DNA of 63,642 nt, the filler included, from Craspedostauros australis (lineage: Eukaryota), in the NCBI GenBank assembly GCA_030167865.1. It is 10 parts of 10 records of this genome, joined end to end, with 100 filler letters (N's around TTAATTAATTAA, not from the genome) between each part and the next. Parts side by side here need not be neighbours in the genome. Positions count along the whole stretch, not along the records: positions 34,365 to 37,346 come from JALAGF010000501.1; positions 37,447 to 39,579 come from JALAGF010000503.1; positions 39,680 to 51,752 come from JALAGF010000505.1; 7 more parts are not named here. One strand, written 5' to 3'. Both the position numbers and the translations under genes were made by a program. A model generated the notes under the pieces. That model did not search any database. It saw only the letters and a program-made list of their open reading frames with translations, and had not been told where the DNA came from. Shown here piece by piece: positions 36,591-47,065 of the stretch; the stretch's first letter is position 1; every line of letters starts with the position of its first letter.

Positions 36591-37050
36591 AGCAGTCACG
36601 ATTCATTCGTGAAGCCTTGTGACACTCCAGATGAAAAATGATGCACGTAATTTGATCGAGGCGATGTCGTCACACAACAGGGCAACGGCGGAAAAGCCAC
36701 CTTTTTGTGCCATTCGCTGTTTTCGCTCCTGCTGTCGCAAATGAGCCGCTCTGACAGCGCCCCCTTGCCCATCCACCAAGCTTTTCATGGCGGTTCCGTT
36801 GACATGCTTGGATCTGGAATTGGGTTGATGGTTGTTGCAATGCCGTACATGGCATTTGACGATCCTTGCAGAGTTTTTTTGTTTCCCCATTGTCGTGTTG
36901 TTGTGTTGGGTGTCTTGGTGACAGTCTTTTCTTGGCGTCGGGATGCGGACGAAAGCCGAAACCAGTGATGTCACTTGCCACGGATTGGCCCCGCAACCAA
37001 CCGATGCTCTCAGCATCATCCAAACACGAGTCAATCACTACTGTGCAACT

Positions 37051-37230
37051 GTTGAAACTATCGCTGACTTGTTGAAACTAATCAAGAACCGTTGAAACTA
37101 ACACCAACTTGTTGAAACTAATCAAGAACCGTTGAAACTAACGCCGACTTGTTGAAACTAATCAAGAACCGTTGAAACTAACCCCGACTTGTTGAAACTA
37201 ATAGAGAATCGTTGAAACTAGTTGGTCGCT
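37051..37230 (+). repeat. 20-bp-period array B: 9x GTTGAAACTA plus variable 10-mers (40-bp higher-order alternation)
   Basis: Invariant decamer every 20 nt from 37051 to 37211. Spacer ATCAAGAACC alternates with spacers ending in ACTT. Confidence 0.97.
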
Positions 37231-37602
37231 AAATAACCGTCATAACGTATATTTAACGTTTTTATGACACCTTCATTGTTGTTCGTGTGGCCGAATCGGC
37301 ACGAGCATGTGTCCGGTGACGCACGATTGCATCCGGGACTGCTGGTNNNNNNNNNNNNNNNNNNNNNNNNNNNNNNNNNNNNNNNNNNNNTTAATTAATT
37401 AANNNNNNNNNNNNNNNNNNNNNNNNNNNNNNNNNNNNNNNNNNNNATCGGATCGAACAATCTCGAATGTTTTGCAACACAACACAAATCAGCTGTCTCG
37501 ATTTCACAAAACTTGCTGTTGTTCAGAACTGCTACTACTACTACTATTACTGTTACGGTTTGTGTTGATGTTGGTGCTAGATGCGATTGTGCACTGTTTG
37601 CA

Positions 37603-39263
37603 CTAGGATGTGGCTTCATTGGGATGGATGGACATGTCATCCTTGGTGATGTCCTTCTCACTGTGCGCTGCAGCACGTCGGGCACGCCGCACCTTTTTCT
37701 TGCCAACGGGNGTTGCCTTCACCTTTTTGGTATCTCGGACACCAAGAGTAAATGCATACATGACATAGAAGATTGGCAAGTCATCATCATCAGAATCATC
37801 CTCAAAGATCTTCCCAACACGATCAGGATCTGCTTGGAAGTGAAGGAGCGTGATCGGATCATCGTCCTCACCAACCTTGGCGTATCCATTCTCAGGATTC
37901 ACAAAATCCAGCTCGACCTTGCCTGGGAATGTGTCAGTCAGACTGACTGCATGCTTCTCTGTGTCATGCTCAGCCTTGTAGTGGCCCCAGAAGATATCAA
38001 AGTAGCTTTGGATCTGGGGGTCCAGGTTCCCAACTCGCAGATGCTCCGCTGTCACCCTGTATTTGGTGTTGTAGTTTCGAACGTTTTTCGCGAAACTGAC
38101 GCTGATTGTGCTTTCATCCACAATCTTGAATTCAACAGAATCGACGGTCACTCCAAAAGGAACCTCAAAGTAGACAATGTAGCCAGTTCGCATGCTTGCG
38201 TGGGCTGCAGAAGAGTTGGGATCTGGAACCTGGATTGGGATGAAGTGCAATCCAGGGATCTCAGTCGAGACCTTCCCACCGCAGCCCTGAACCTTCTGGG
38301 ACACAGCAAGATCCGTGTCGCTGTTCTCGACAGGCTTCTTGATGGCGGCCTTTTGTGCAGGCATCTTGGCGTCCTGTGTGCTTGTGCTGGGCTTGGATTG
38401 GAGAGGGAGCTCTTTGAAGAGGACACGAGGAGGTGGTGCTGATGTGCCAACAACCTCGACGTCGTCACTGGATTCGACGGTCTCGAAGGTGTACTCGTCT
38501 TCGTCACCACTATCGATGGATTCGTTGGAAGTGCGTGGCAGATGGGCGACCGGACTGGCGTCTTGAGTGATGGCAGGGATGTTGTCGTTGCTTTCGATGG
38601 TGTCGTACGACTCCGTTGTGATCAACGATTGATCGTCGTCGTCGCCAAGTTCGAAGTCTTCGTCTTCACTGCTTTCGTCGGTGTTGGCGGATGGTGCGTT
38701 GTTGTTGCTTTGATTTTCCGTGTTGTTGTTGTTGTTCTGTTCGTTTCCACGTGGAGGACTGCTGTCGCTTCCTGGCTGGAGGGAGAGCTGATCGAGTCCN
38801 NNNNNNNNNNNNNNNNNNNNNNNNNNNNNNNNNNNNNNNNNNNNNNNNNNNNNNNNNNNNNNNNNNNNNNNNNNNNNNNNNNNNNNNNNNNNNNNNNNNN
38901 NNNNNNNNNNNNNNNNNNGCAAGACAGGAAAATCACATCACCACACAAATGATGCCATCATTCATCTCATCACTGTTGGCACTTACGTTCTCGCCGAGAC
39001 TGATGCTTTTTGAAGCGATCGACACAGCTTTTGAAGTTGTTTGCGAGGTTTCAGCGGAGGTAGTTCTTGCCCTTTGAATCAACCCAGTCGGTGTGTGTCT
39101 TGATGAACTCACTGAAGGTCTGTGGGATGGAGTTGTTGATGAGACCTTTGATGATGTACACAGCGTCGTCAGAATCTCGGTACCATTTGCGGAAACCGGA
39201 TTTGTTGAAGATGGGATGTGTTTTATGCCGAGTTGGCTTGTTGTTGCTGTTGCGAGGTGTCAT
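37603..39263 (-). pseudogene. Uncharacterised, probably transposon-associated gene: short helical N-terminal exon with in-frame stop, intron/gap, acidic linker and HSP20-like beta-sandwich C-terminal region
   Basis: An ORF of about 400 codons (38799-37603) with YIVYFEVPFGVTVDSVEFKIVDESTISVSF. The upstream exon MTPRNSNNK...KWYRDSDD...NYLR*NLANNFKSCVDRFK ends at a GTAAGT donor (38986). A 119-N gap (38800-38918) hides the junction. Confidence 0.5.
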
Positions 39264-42200
39264 TGTTGTTGTGTTGTGAGACCATCCCTCACACCACAAA
39301 CCAAGCATGAGAAAGCAGCGTATGAACGGGAAGAATCGCAACAAGTCAAGCAACTTGCATAATTTTCTGCAACATCATCGCAAATTTGCCGTTGTCATGG
39401 CACTTCAGAAGCAACCATCCCCACCAAGTTGAGCAAACCCAGGTGANAACTGAGCAGGCATTGATTAACTAACATCAGAAGTGTAGCACTATCCAGGGCA
39501 CAGTACATGGTTGGCGGGAAGCATTGTTGCAAGGGAATTCCCAGTGTCGTAGGGGAAATTGTCTAGATTGCAGGGGAAANNNNNNNNNNNNNNNNNNNNN
39601 NNNNNNNNNNNNNNNNNNNNNNNTTAATTAATTAANNNNNNNNNNNNNNNNNNNNNNNNNNNNNNNNNNNNNNNNNNNNGAATATGTTACACGATGACTA
39701 CTTGGACTACCAATGGAGTCCCATCGGAAAACGACGCCGAAAACGTATTTACCGCGCTTCCCGTGGCAGTTCTGTGACCAATTGGCTCGTGGCTCCGCCC
39801 TTGACTCACTCCTCTTGTCTCATCGCCGCCGTTCCCGGCTTGGGTGGAATGCTGCATTTCGATTCTACGACTGCACGCACGCATGTATTACCTATGGTAT
39901 GGAACAGCAAACCTTCTACTCTACGAGCCACAATACAATAGTACACAAACGCTCTACAACAACGCTCTGCGAGTGCGATGCTTTACACAAGAATAAATGA
40001 CACGTCCCATTGTCAGCTCTTCGTACCATGCATGCCTATGTGTCATGCTTCGCATGCGAATGATTGGCTGGTTGATGATGTTGCTCCGCGGCCATCGTGG
40101 TACGGGTACAGCATTGGTGTAGTTGTTCGCAGAGCACGTGTTCTGTTCCTGGTTGTGGTTCCTTGGTTCGAACAACAAAACTCATCTGACACGATGTACG
40201 GCATTGTGGTGCGGGTGGTGTGGTAGAGACTTTGCGCGAGTGCTGACTCTTTGTCGACCAGAGGTAGTGCAGCTTGCAGAAAGGAGATCAGTGAAACGTC
40301 ACCAGCAAACGGCACGTCGTGGCGTGCTATCAAGACGGCCAACACGGGTCACCTTGGGCGTTGACTTGCCAGTAGGCGATCCGTCGGCCTTGTAGCTGCG
40401 AGGCAAGGCAAGGCAAGACCAGGAAAGAGGATGGAAGGACCTTACAATGACGAAAGTACCATGTGTCCAAAGCATTGCAAGTGCTGTTGAGAGATACTCT
40501 TCGCGAAGTAGAAGGTCTGGTGCGTCCACATGCAGATCGCCAGTGCCAGGTAAGCATTGGGAAGACTGCCCGCTGGAAGAGTCATTGACCAAGGGATGCA
40601 AGTGCAAGGATGAACTCACATAGTTGTCTTCCATGCTCGGCCCACAGTCGGTCCAAGCTCTGCCATCCTCGATGTTCGTTCGAAGCAGGCGGTGCCCTTA
40701 GGTAACAGAACCACACTTGCTGTGGGAATACCCATCGATCCCATCAACGGTTTTTCCTGCGCTGTTTTCTGAACTACTTCAGCACAAGGGGCCAGCATCG
40801 TCAGCCACACATGAGCGCGAGACCGAGTGTGGATGAATCGGCGTACCAGTCTGTAGTTGCAGGCGAGTATCATGGCGTAGTATCGTGGAGTGGTGTCATG
40901 GTGTTGGATTGGATAAGTCTGTGCCAGGGTTTTGCCCAAGAGCTCGAAAACTCGAAGGGTCAGGTTGTCGCAGATCTGCCACCACCGTCACAAACTTGGT
41001 GGGTGGCAGAAAGGCGGAGCGTTCCCGTTTCTCGCATTGCAAACAATGACATCGTAGGAGTCTCTCGACAACAGCATACCACACATCGAACAGAAACACT
41101 CAAAGTTAAAAGATGTGCCTGATCGTACAATAGCTCGTAGGCCATGCAGGGTGCGGAGGCTTGTGTCGAAAGGCATTGACTGGAACGTAGAATAGAATAC
41201 AATATGCTGATGGAAGCGCCTCCGCATGTGTGTCTTGATCAGTTGCTGGCATAGCTCGTACTCGTCGGTGTCTCCGAACGAGGAGCAAATACGTCTGATG
41301 GCGGTCTTCGGAGAAAATCATGGAGGCTCCTTGAGCATTCCCCACCAGCTCGTGTGTCTGAGCGGAGTGAAGGTGTCCTTCTATCGCAAAGTATTCTGCT
41401 CTGTTCTGCTCCGGTGTGCTCCGGTGTGAAAGTGGATCATCGCGCATGCGATACTGATCGAGCCCCTGATCGAGCCCCTGATCGATGAACAGACGGCGGG
41501 CACCTGTTGCGCTTGCATCTATCACCAAGCAAGGAATGGTGCCAAGAACAAGAATGCCATGAGATCACGACGTGGCAGAGTTGCCATGGCATAGCATGAC
41601 CTTCCCTTGTGCTCATTCTTGGGACTGCCACTCTGCGCTGCTTGGAAGATGTCTGCTTGCTCTCGCCACGGCGTGTCTCTTGCATCCTGCAAACCTCCAA
41701 GAGCACTTGTGCAACACTGCTCTACGATACCCTGGTGCACGGTCGATATCGCACATACACGTAGGTGTGCTCCAGCACGATGCCGGGATTGTTCATGTAA
41801 TAATACTAGAATATAATATTACAATGATCAGCCAATATGATCATGGTCATCATGGAAGGCCAGTCACCGATGCCCGGCGTCGCCTCGCCAACATGAGGGC
41901 ATCCACTCCGCATATCTGCTTTGGCCTCCAATCTCATCTCATCTCTCTCTCTACTCTGCTCTGCTCTAATCTGGAGTATACTCTTCTCCCGCATACGCCC
42001 AAGTGCCTGAACACCCCAGTGCGCACACCACAGAGCCTTGCGACGTCTAATTCTGTTGAACTAGAAGTGAGACCGCTCCCTATTGGACTCATGTGACTGC
42101 TTGCAGTCGGATATTTGGTCCCGTCAGTCTTAGTCGTACAACGTTGCATGGAGGACAAACACGACTTGAATCACGCGGTTCTGGTTGAAAAACAAGACCC

Positions 42201-42348
42201 GAAACTGCCACGATGCATCGCGAAGATGAAGATCCGCGATGGTTGCTTGGGTTGTCACAAGGACAGCATCAACACGATCCACAAACTCAATCACAATCAT
42301 AAACATCAACATCAACATCAACATCAGCACAAACAGAGATTCAGCAAG

Positions 42349-43530
42349 ATGGGCGAACCAGACATTCCACTCGCACAGGCCACGTACATGGACTCCGTGC
42401 CGCCGCCGATGGCACCGGGCGTTGCGGCTTCGGCCCCTCCGCAGGCGGCGACTGCCGCGTTGCAGCGCACGGCCCACGCGCTCACCGACAGCGAGATCAG
42501 GTCGTTGCAGGACCAGGGCTTCACGCTGGGGCTGATCGAATCGCTGCAGCGCAATGCCGCCCAGCTGCCGTTGCGCATCTGGGTCGTGGATAATTCCGGC
42601 AGCATGTCCAAGGCCGATGGCAAGCGCATGATCTCGCCCAAGAACAACAAGCGGGATATCCGGCTGGTGCCATGCACGCGCTGGACGGAGATCCAGGAGA
42701 CCGTCGATTATCACGCGCAGATGGCGCGGTTGCTGCAAGCCCCCACCTCGTTTCGGCTGCTCAACAATCCCGGCGTGGTGGGCAGCAAGCAGTTTTTCGG
42801 CGTGGGTCAGCGCGGACCGGATCTGCTCGACGAGGACCTGCAGATCGTGCGGCAGACCATGAGGGATGCGCAACCGCGCGGCGTCACGCCGTTGGCGTCG
42901 CACGTTAGAGAAATTCGGCGGCAGATCACGGACATGCTGCCGCAGCTGCAACAGACGGGCGGCAAGGTCGTCATGGTGCTGGCCACGGACGGTCTGCCCT
43001 CGGATGAAATGGGAATTTCCGGTGAAACTTCTAGAAGCGAACTGCAGGTGGCCTTGAGATCGTTGGAAGGTCTACCGGTGTGGATCGTGGTGCGCCTTTG
43101 CACGGACGAGGACAGCGTCGTGGAGTACTACGATGACCTCGATGCGCACCTGGAGCGCAGCCTCGAGGTGCTGGACGATTTCAGCGGCGAGGCGAAACAA
43201 ATCCACGAGCACAACAGCTGGCTGAACTACGCTCTGCCGCTGCACCGCATGCGCGAGATGGGCTTCCACCACCGCCTGTTCGATCTTCTCGATGAACGCT
43301 CCCTCACGCTCGACGAGATCCGGGATTTCATGTTCCTCCTCTTCGGCAGCGGCAAGCTCGACGGGGTCGAAGATCCGCAAGTGGATTTTGGTTCCTTCTG
43401 CTCCAGCATCACGCAGATTCTGCGCGACGAATCGCATCAGTGGAATCCTGCCACGCAGCGCATGGAACCGTGGGTTGACGTGCGGCAGCTGAAGAAGGAA
43501 TTTGGCCACGGCGGTTGCACCATATTGTAA
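42349..43530 (+). CDS. von Willebrand factor A (vWA) domain protein with C-terminal CaaX box
   Basis: MIDAS motif VVDNSGSM, GVTPL, VLATDGLP, VVRLCTD and VLDDF. Ends GGCTIL*. Strong coding codon bias from ATG 42349. Confidence 0.9.
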   Translation: MGEPDIPLAQATYMDSVPPPMAPGVAASAPPQAATAALQRTAHALTDSEIRSLQDQGFTLGLIESLQRNAAQLPLRIWVVDNSGSMSKADGKRMISPKNNKRDIRLVPCTRWTEIQETVDYHAQMARLLQAPTSFRLLNNPGVVGSKQFFGVGQRGPDLLDEDLQIVRQTMRDAQPRGVTPLASHVREIRRQITDMLPQLQQTGGKVVMVLATDGLPSDEMGISGETSRSELQVALRSLEGLPVWIVVRLCTDEDSVVEYYDDLDAHLERSLEVLDDFSGEAKQIHEHNSWLNYALPLHRMREMGFHHRLFDLLDERSLTLDEIRDFMFLLFGSGKLDGVEDPQVDFGSFCSSITQILRDESHQWNPATQRMEPWVDVRQLKKEFGHGGCTIL

Positions 43531-44722
43531 TTGCGGGTCCTCCTGAGAGCCGAAAAACAAATGAAATGGGCATGGTGACGGCAGGAGTGATTGGTACAGT
43601 TTCATGCAATGCGGTGGACAATAACGATGCATTATGTATTATGAAGGGATACTTAAATGTTGGCGAGGCACTCTACATAGATAAGAGACGCAATCGTGTG
43701 CACATGCTATGCGCTCCAACGAATGTTCCGCCCCAGGACAGAAGAATGGAGGTGTGGATAGAGTGCCTCGCGTGTCGGGAGAGATCGATCTCCGCAACAC
43801 GCGAAAACGTTTGTTGTCATTCCGTGGCAGCATCTTCATTTTTGGACTATTCATGTAATTTGCCGCTTCCTCCAATCTAACAAGCCGAAAGCCCAAAACA
43901 ATTATCGATGCACAGGCTCGTTATCGTGTGATTCAAATGGACGAAAAGAGGACTGCACGATCACAAGACAGACACTGTCGACTTCCGCGCAGCATCCGAA
44001 CCGGTGCGCCTTTGGGCATTGATGTCAGTGTCACCAGTCTCCACACGCGAACAGGTTTGGCATTGTTCTCTCCGTTGTCGAATGGTGTTCCTGTCCGAAG
44101 TAACAATAACTGTCAGGCACAACAAGGGCACACGTATGTGAAGAAATCCACTTGTGGCAAATTCAGGGTCCTTGTTTCGCGCAAATTGTTCTTGTTGTGT
44201 CATCGTTTTGTTGTTGTCGATGGCAAATTATGAGGCCAAGATTTCCATCTTGTCACACAATTTCCCTTCTCCATTGTTGTAATCGTACTTTACTTTCATT
44301 GTTCCACTCGTACAATTCTTTCACCTGGTGTGCCACTGACATGCTGCTGATCTTCATGTGGTTTCAGGGTGTCTGTGATTCTCAACACGCGTATTTGCAG
44401 TCACACTCGTACCTGTGGAGTCGATCGTACGAGTTGTCGTGCCGCAGGTCCCCGGTTGCATTCCTGTTGGTGCGCTTTCACTCTATGTCGGCAACACCGA
44501 CACGGAATAACAACAGCGCACGCGCATGGGGTAGAATGCTTACGGTACACCTGGCACCGGCACATGCTCGTATTATCACAGTCTTACAACTACGAGTACG
44601 CGTATTGTCACACTCTCAGGTGTACCGTAGAACTAATGGGTTAGCTCCTCCTTGCTCTTGTCTGGCTTGTTCTATGTATAAGTTTATACTTTACTGCCGG
44701 GCAGCGGCTGATAGCTGGCTGC

Positions 44723-46768
44723 TTACCTCCTCACTCCGTATTGCGTTTTTGATTGCTTCGACACGCCATCCGTGCCGTTTTCGTTGACGCTACCTTCGCT
44801 GGGCATCGTTCCGATTGTATCAGCGTCCTGAAAAACAGCCTTGGATCTTTTCGTGAGAGTGGGCGCACCTGTTGGCGCCGTCGTTGGCCGAGTCGTTGGT
44901 CGTGTCGTTGGCTGCTTTGTCATCGTCGGTTGCGTCGTTGGCTGTGCTGTTGGCGCCATCGTCGGCTGTGCCGTTGGGATTGCTGCCGCCTCGGGTGGGG
45001 TGCCTTGGAGGTAGATAATGTCCTTCACTTCGTCGAAGAGTGTCCTGGATGGCTTGCCCAAGTTGCGACAAGCTCCCCATGATGCGTAGTGCAACCCAAT
45101 CGCCTTGTTGCTCGCTAGGCTAATCACCGGCGATCCAGATGATCCTTTCTGCGTGCTACAGCTGTACTCGAACCCGTGTCTCTTCAAGTGGCACTTGCCA
45201 TCGACCGTGCTGCTGTCCTCGTACGCAATTTCCTTGGATCGTGCATCGGGATGCTGTGGAATGTAGATAGCTTCTTCCTGCTCATGTCCTTCGGCAAGGT
45301 CAATGTACCTGCGTAGAGTATGTCGAGATGTGAGTGGCCGTACGAGTAGTGTGTACCAATGCCATGCGACGCCATGTAACAACATGCAACACATTTTGAA
45401 TGAGGTGATAGACGGAAAGGCATGATGGTTGTGAGTGAAGTGTACGGCACCGCAAGGTGTGGAATGAATGATGCAAAAGTGGTGTCGCTGGGCACAACCA
45501 CGGCATGACAGGGCAATTTCCCGCGCTCGTCGATTCGAACACCTGAATAGCTACACGTACCCGTACTTGTCGTTTGGATTGCCGGCGAGATGGATGATGG
45601 CGTAATCCATAGACACGCTGTGCTTGGAGAAGATATGCTGTCCCTCCAGCTCGTCGTCATCGAGTATATCGCCGCGAATCCCCCAGATGCTGTGACCTGT
45701 GGTTCCGCCACACTCATCGTCCACCATGAATGCGATCTCTGTGTTGTCGAGATCGTGCTGTGACGAGATGCAATGGTAGTTGGTCATGAGCATGTTGTTG
45801 TTGCCGACGAGGAAACCGGTGCACATGCGGTGCCCGTTGATGAGTAGTCGGGCGACAGCACGAGATTTCTCGTACATCAGCGGGTAGTCCTTGTCATCTT
45901 CCACGCACTTCGCATCTTCGAAGTTTGAGGTGTGGCAAGCGGCTAGGTCGCGTCGGATTTGTGAGCGTGTATGCCGTTCGTAAATCTTCTTGCGCGGGGC
46001 AACAATGCGATCGTGTCCTCTCAGCCTGTTGAGTGCGCGGTCGTGATCGTTGCTGTGATCCGTGGCTGGATGAGTGGGTCTCGTGGAAACCTGTTCGGGA
46101 ACGGCATCGCCTCGTTTTGGTGAAGTCGACGCAACGGTCTTCTCCGCGCTGGCGCCGTTGCGAGTAGCGTCAGTTGTTTGTGCGGCGGGGTAGCCAGCCG
46201 CGTACTGGTCCACCTCGAACATGACGGAGTCTTTGAAATTGCGCGCCTTGTCATGCGGGCAGCTCACGGTGATCTGGGCGTGATCGCCAGCGATGTGGTG
46301 GGACCACTGTCGTTTTCGTTGGTTTGACGACGTGAATTTAGTTCCGTAGGTATCATCGAAGGCTTCGTGGACCGTGATCTGGCAGCCATCATCGATTTCC
46401 ATCGTTTCGAAATGGATTGCCAGAAAGGATGCGCCTGGATGCGAAACATCGTAGACCTGCTGAGTACCAGCTTCATCGTCCTGAATTGTAGAGAAGCTGG
46501 TTTGAATGCCACCTTCCTTCGTTTCTGCGGTGGAGATCTGGACATCGATGAGGTCAGCCACGGTGTCTGCGCTAGCACTGAACGCGATGTCGGCGTCCAT
46601 GTCGTTGCTCTGGGAGGTCCGGATCCTGTGGCGTGCTGTATCGGCGCGGGTGTTTCTGCTCACCGCTGATGGGTCGTCCGTGGACAAAGCGCCGCTGGGG
46701 AAGTCCGCAGCGTGCACGGCCGTTGTGAACATCAGCATGAGTGCTGTGGTGATGGCTATCATCGTCAT
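44723..46768 (-). CDS. Secreted trypsin-like (S1/PA clan) serine protease with pro-domain and Pro/Thr-rich tail; exons 46768-45561 and 45308-44723 (3' end uncertain)
   Basis: Signal peptide ending TAVHA; triad motifs CTGFLV...MTNYHC, MDYAII and GSSGSPV. Intron GTACGT..GCAG (45560-45309) restores KYG|YIDL. A possible further donor GTAAGC lies at 44726. Confidence 0.88.
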
Positions 46769-46961
46769 GTTGCCAATGCTGCGCGTTCTGTGGCCACCCT
46801 TGTTGTTGGAGCTGGTTTGTTGTTGTTTTATGGACTCAGTTGTCATTCCTTGTTGCGTGGAACAAAAAATGGGAAAAGCCAGTTTCGTGACTGTGGGATT
46901 GATAATATGATTCCTGCTGGTTTGCTGATGTGGGTCACGGTATGGTTTTGGTTGTGTGATA

Positions 46962-47065
46962 TGCTGTGTTGGGCAATGCTGTGTTGGGCAATACTGTGTT
47001 GGGCAATACTGTGTTGTGCTACTCAGTGTTGTGCTACTCAGTATTGTGCTGCGCAATGCTATGCT
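46962..47065. repeat. Degenerate 15-bp tandem repeat (TGTGTTGGGCAATAC-like) x~7 upstream of the protease
   Basis: Directly visible; it produces the spurious TQYCP repeats in the ORF track. Confidence 0.8.

Noticed and set aside
36405..37230. CRISPR array
   Set aside because: Repeat and spacer are only 10 nt each, spacers recur and are related to each other, no cas genes are present, and the context is eukaryotic. Kept as an unexplained array.
39680..42100. Numerous short ORFs and a 12-bp repeat (41455-41485)
   Set aside because: No codon bias, motifs or consistent splice structure; treated as intergenic or degraded sequence.
42115..42348. His/Gln-rich N-terminal extension of the vWA ORF
   Set aside because: Non-ATG ORF start and a (CAACAT)n leader typical of 5' UTRs here; coding bias begins at ATG 42349.
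46769..47056. N-terminal TQYCP-repeat extension of the protease ORF
   Set aside because: Derived from a 15-bp upstream minisatellite and a non-ATG start; the signal peptide begins at about 46768.
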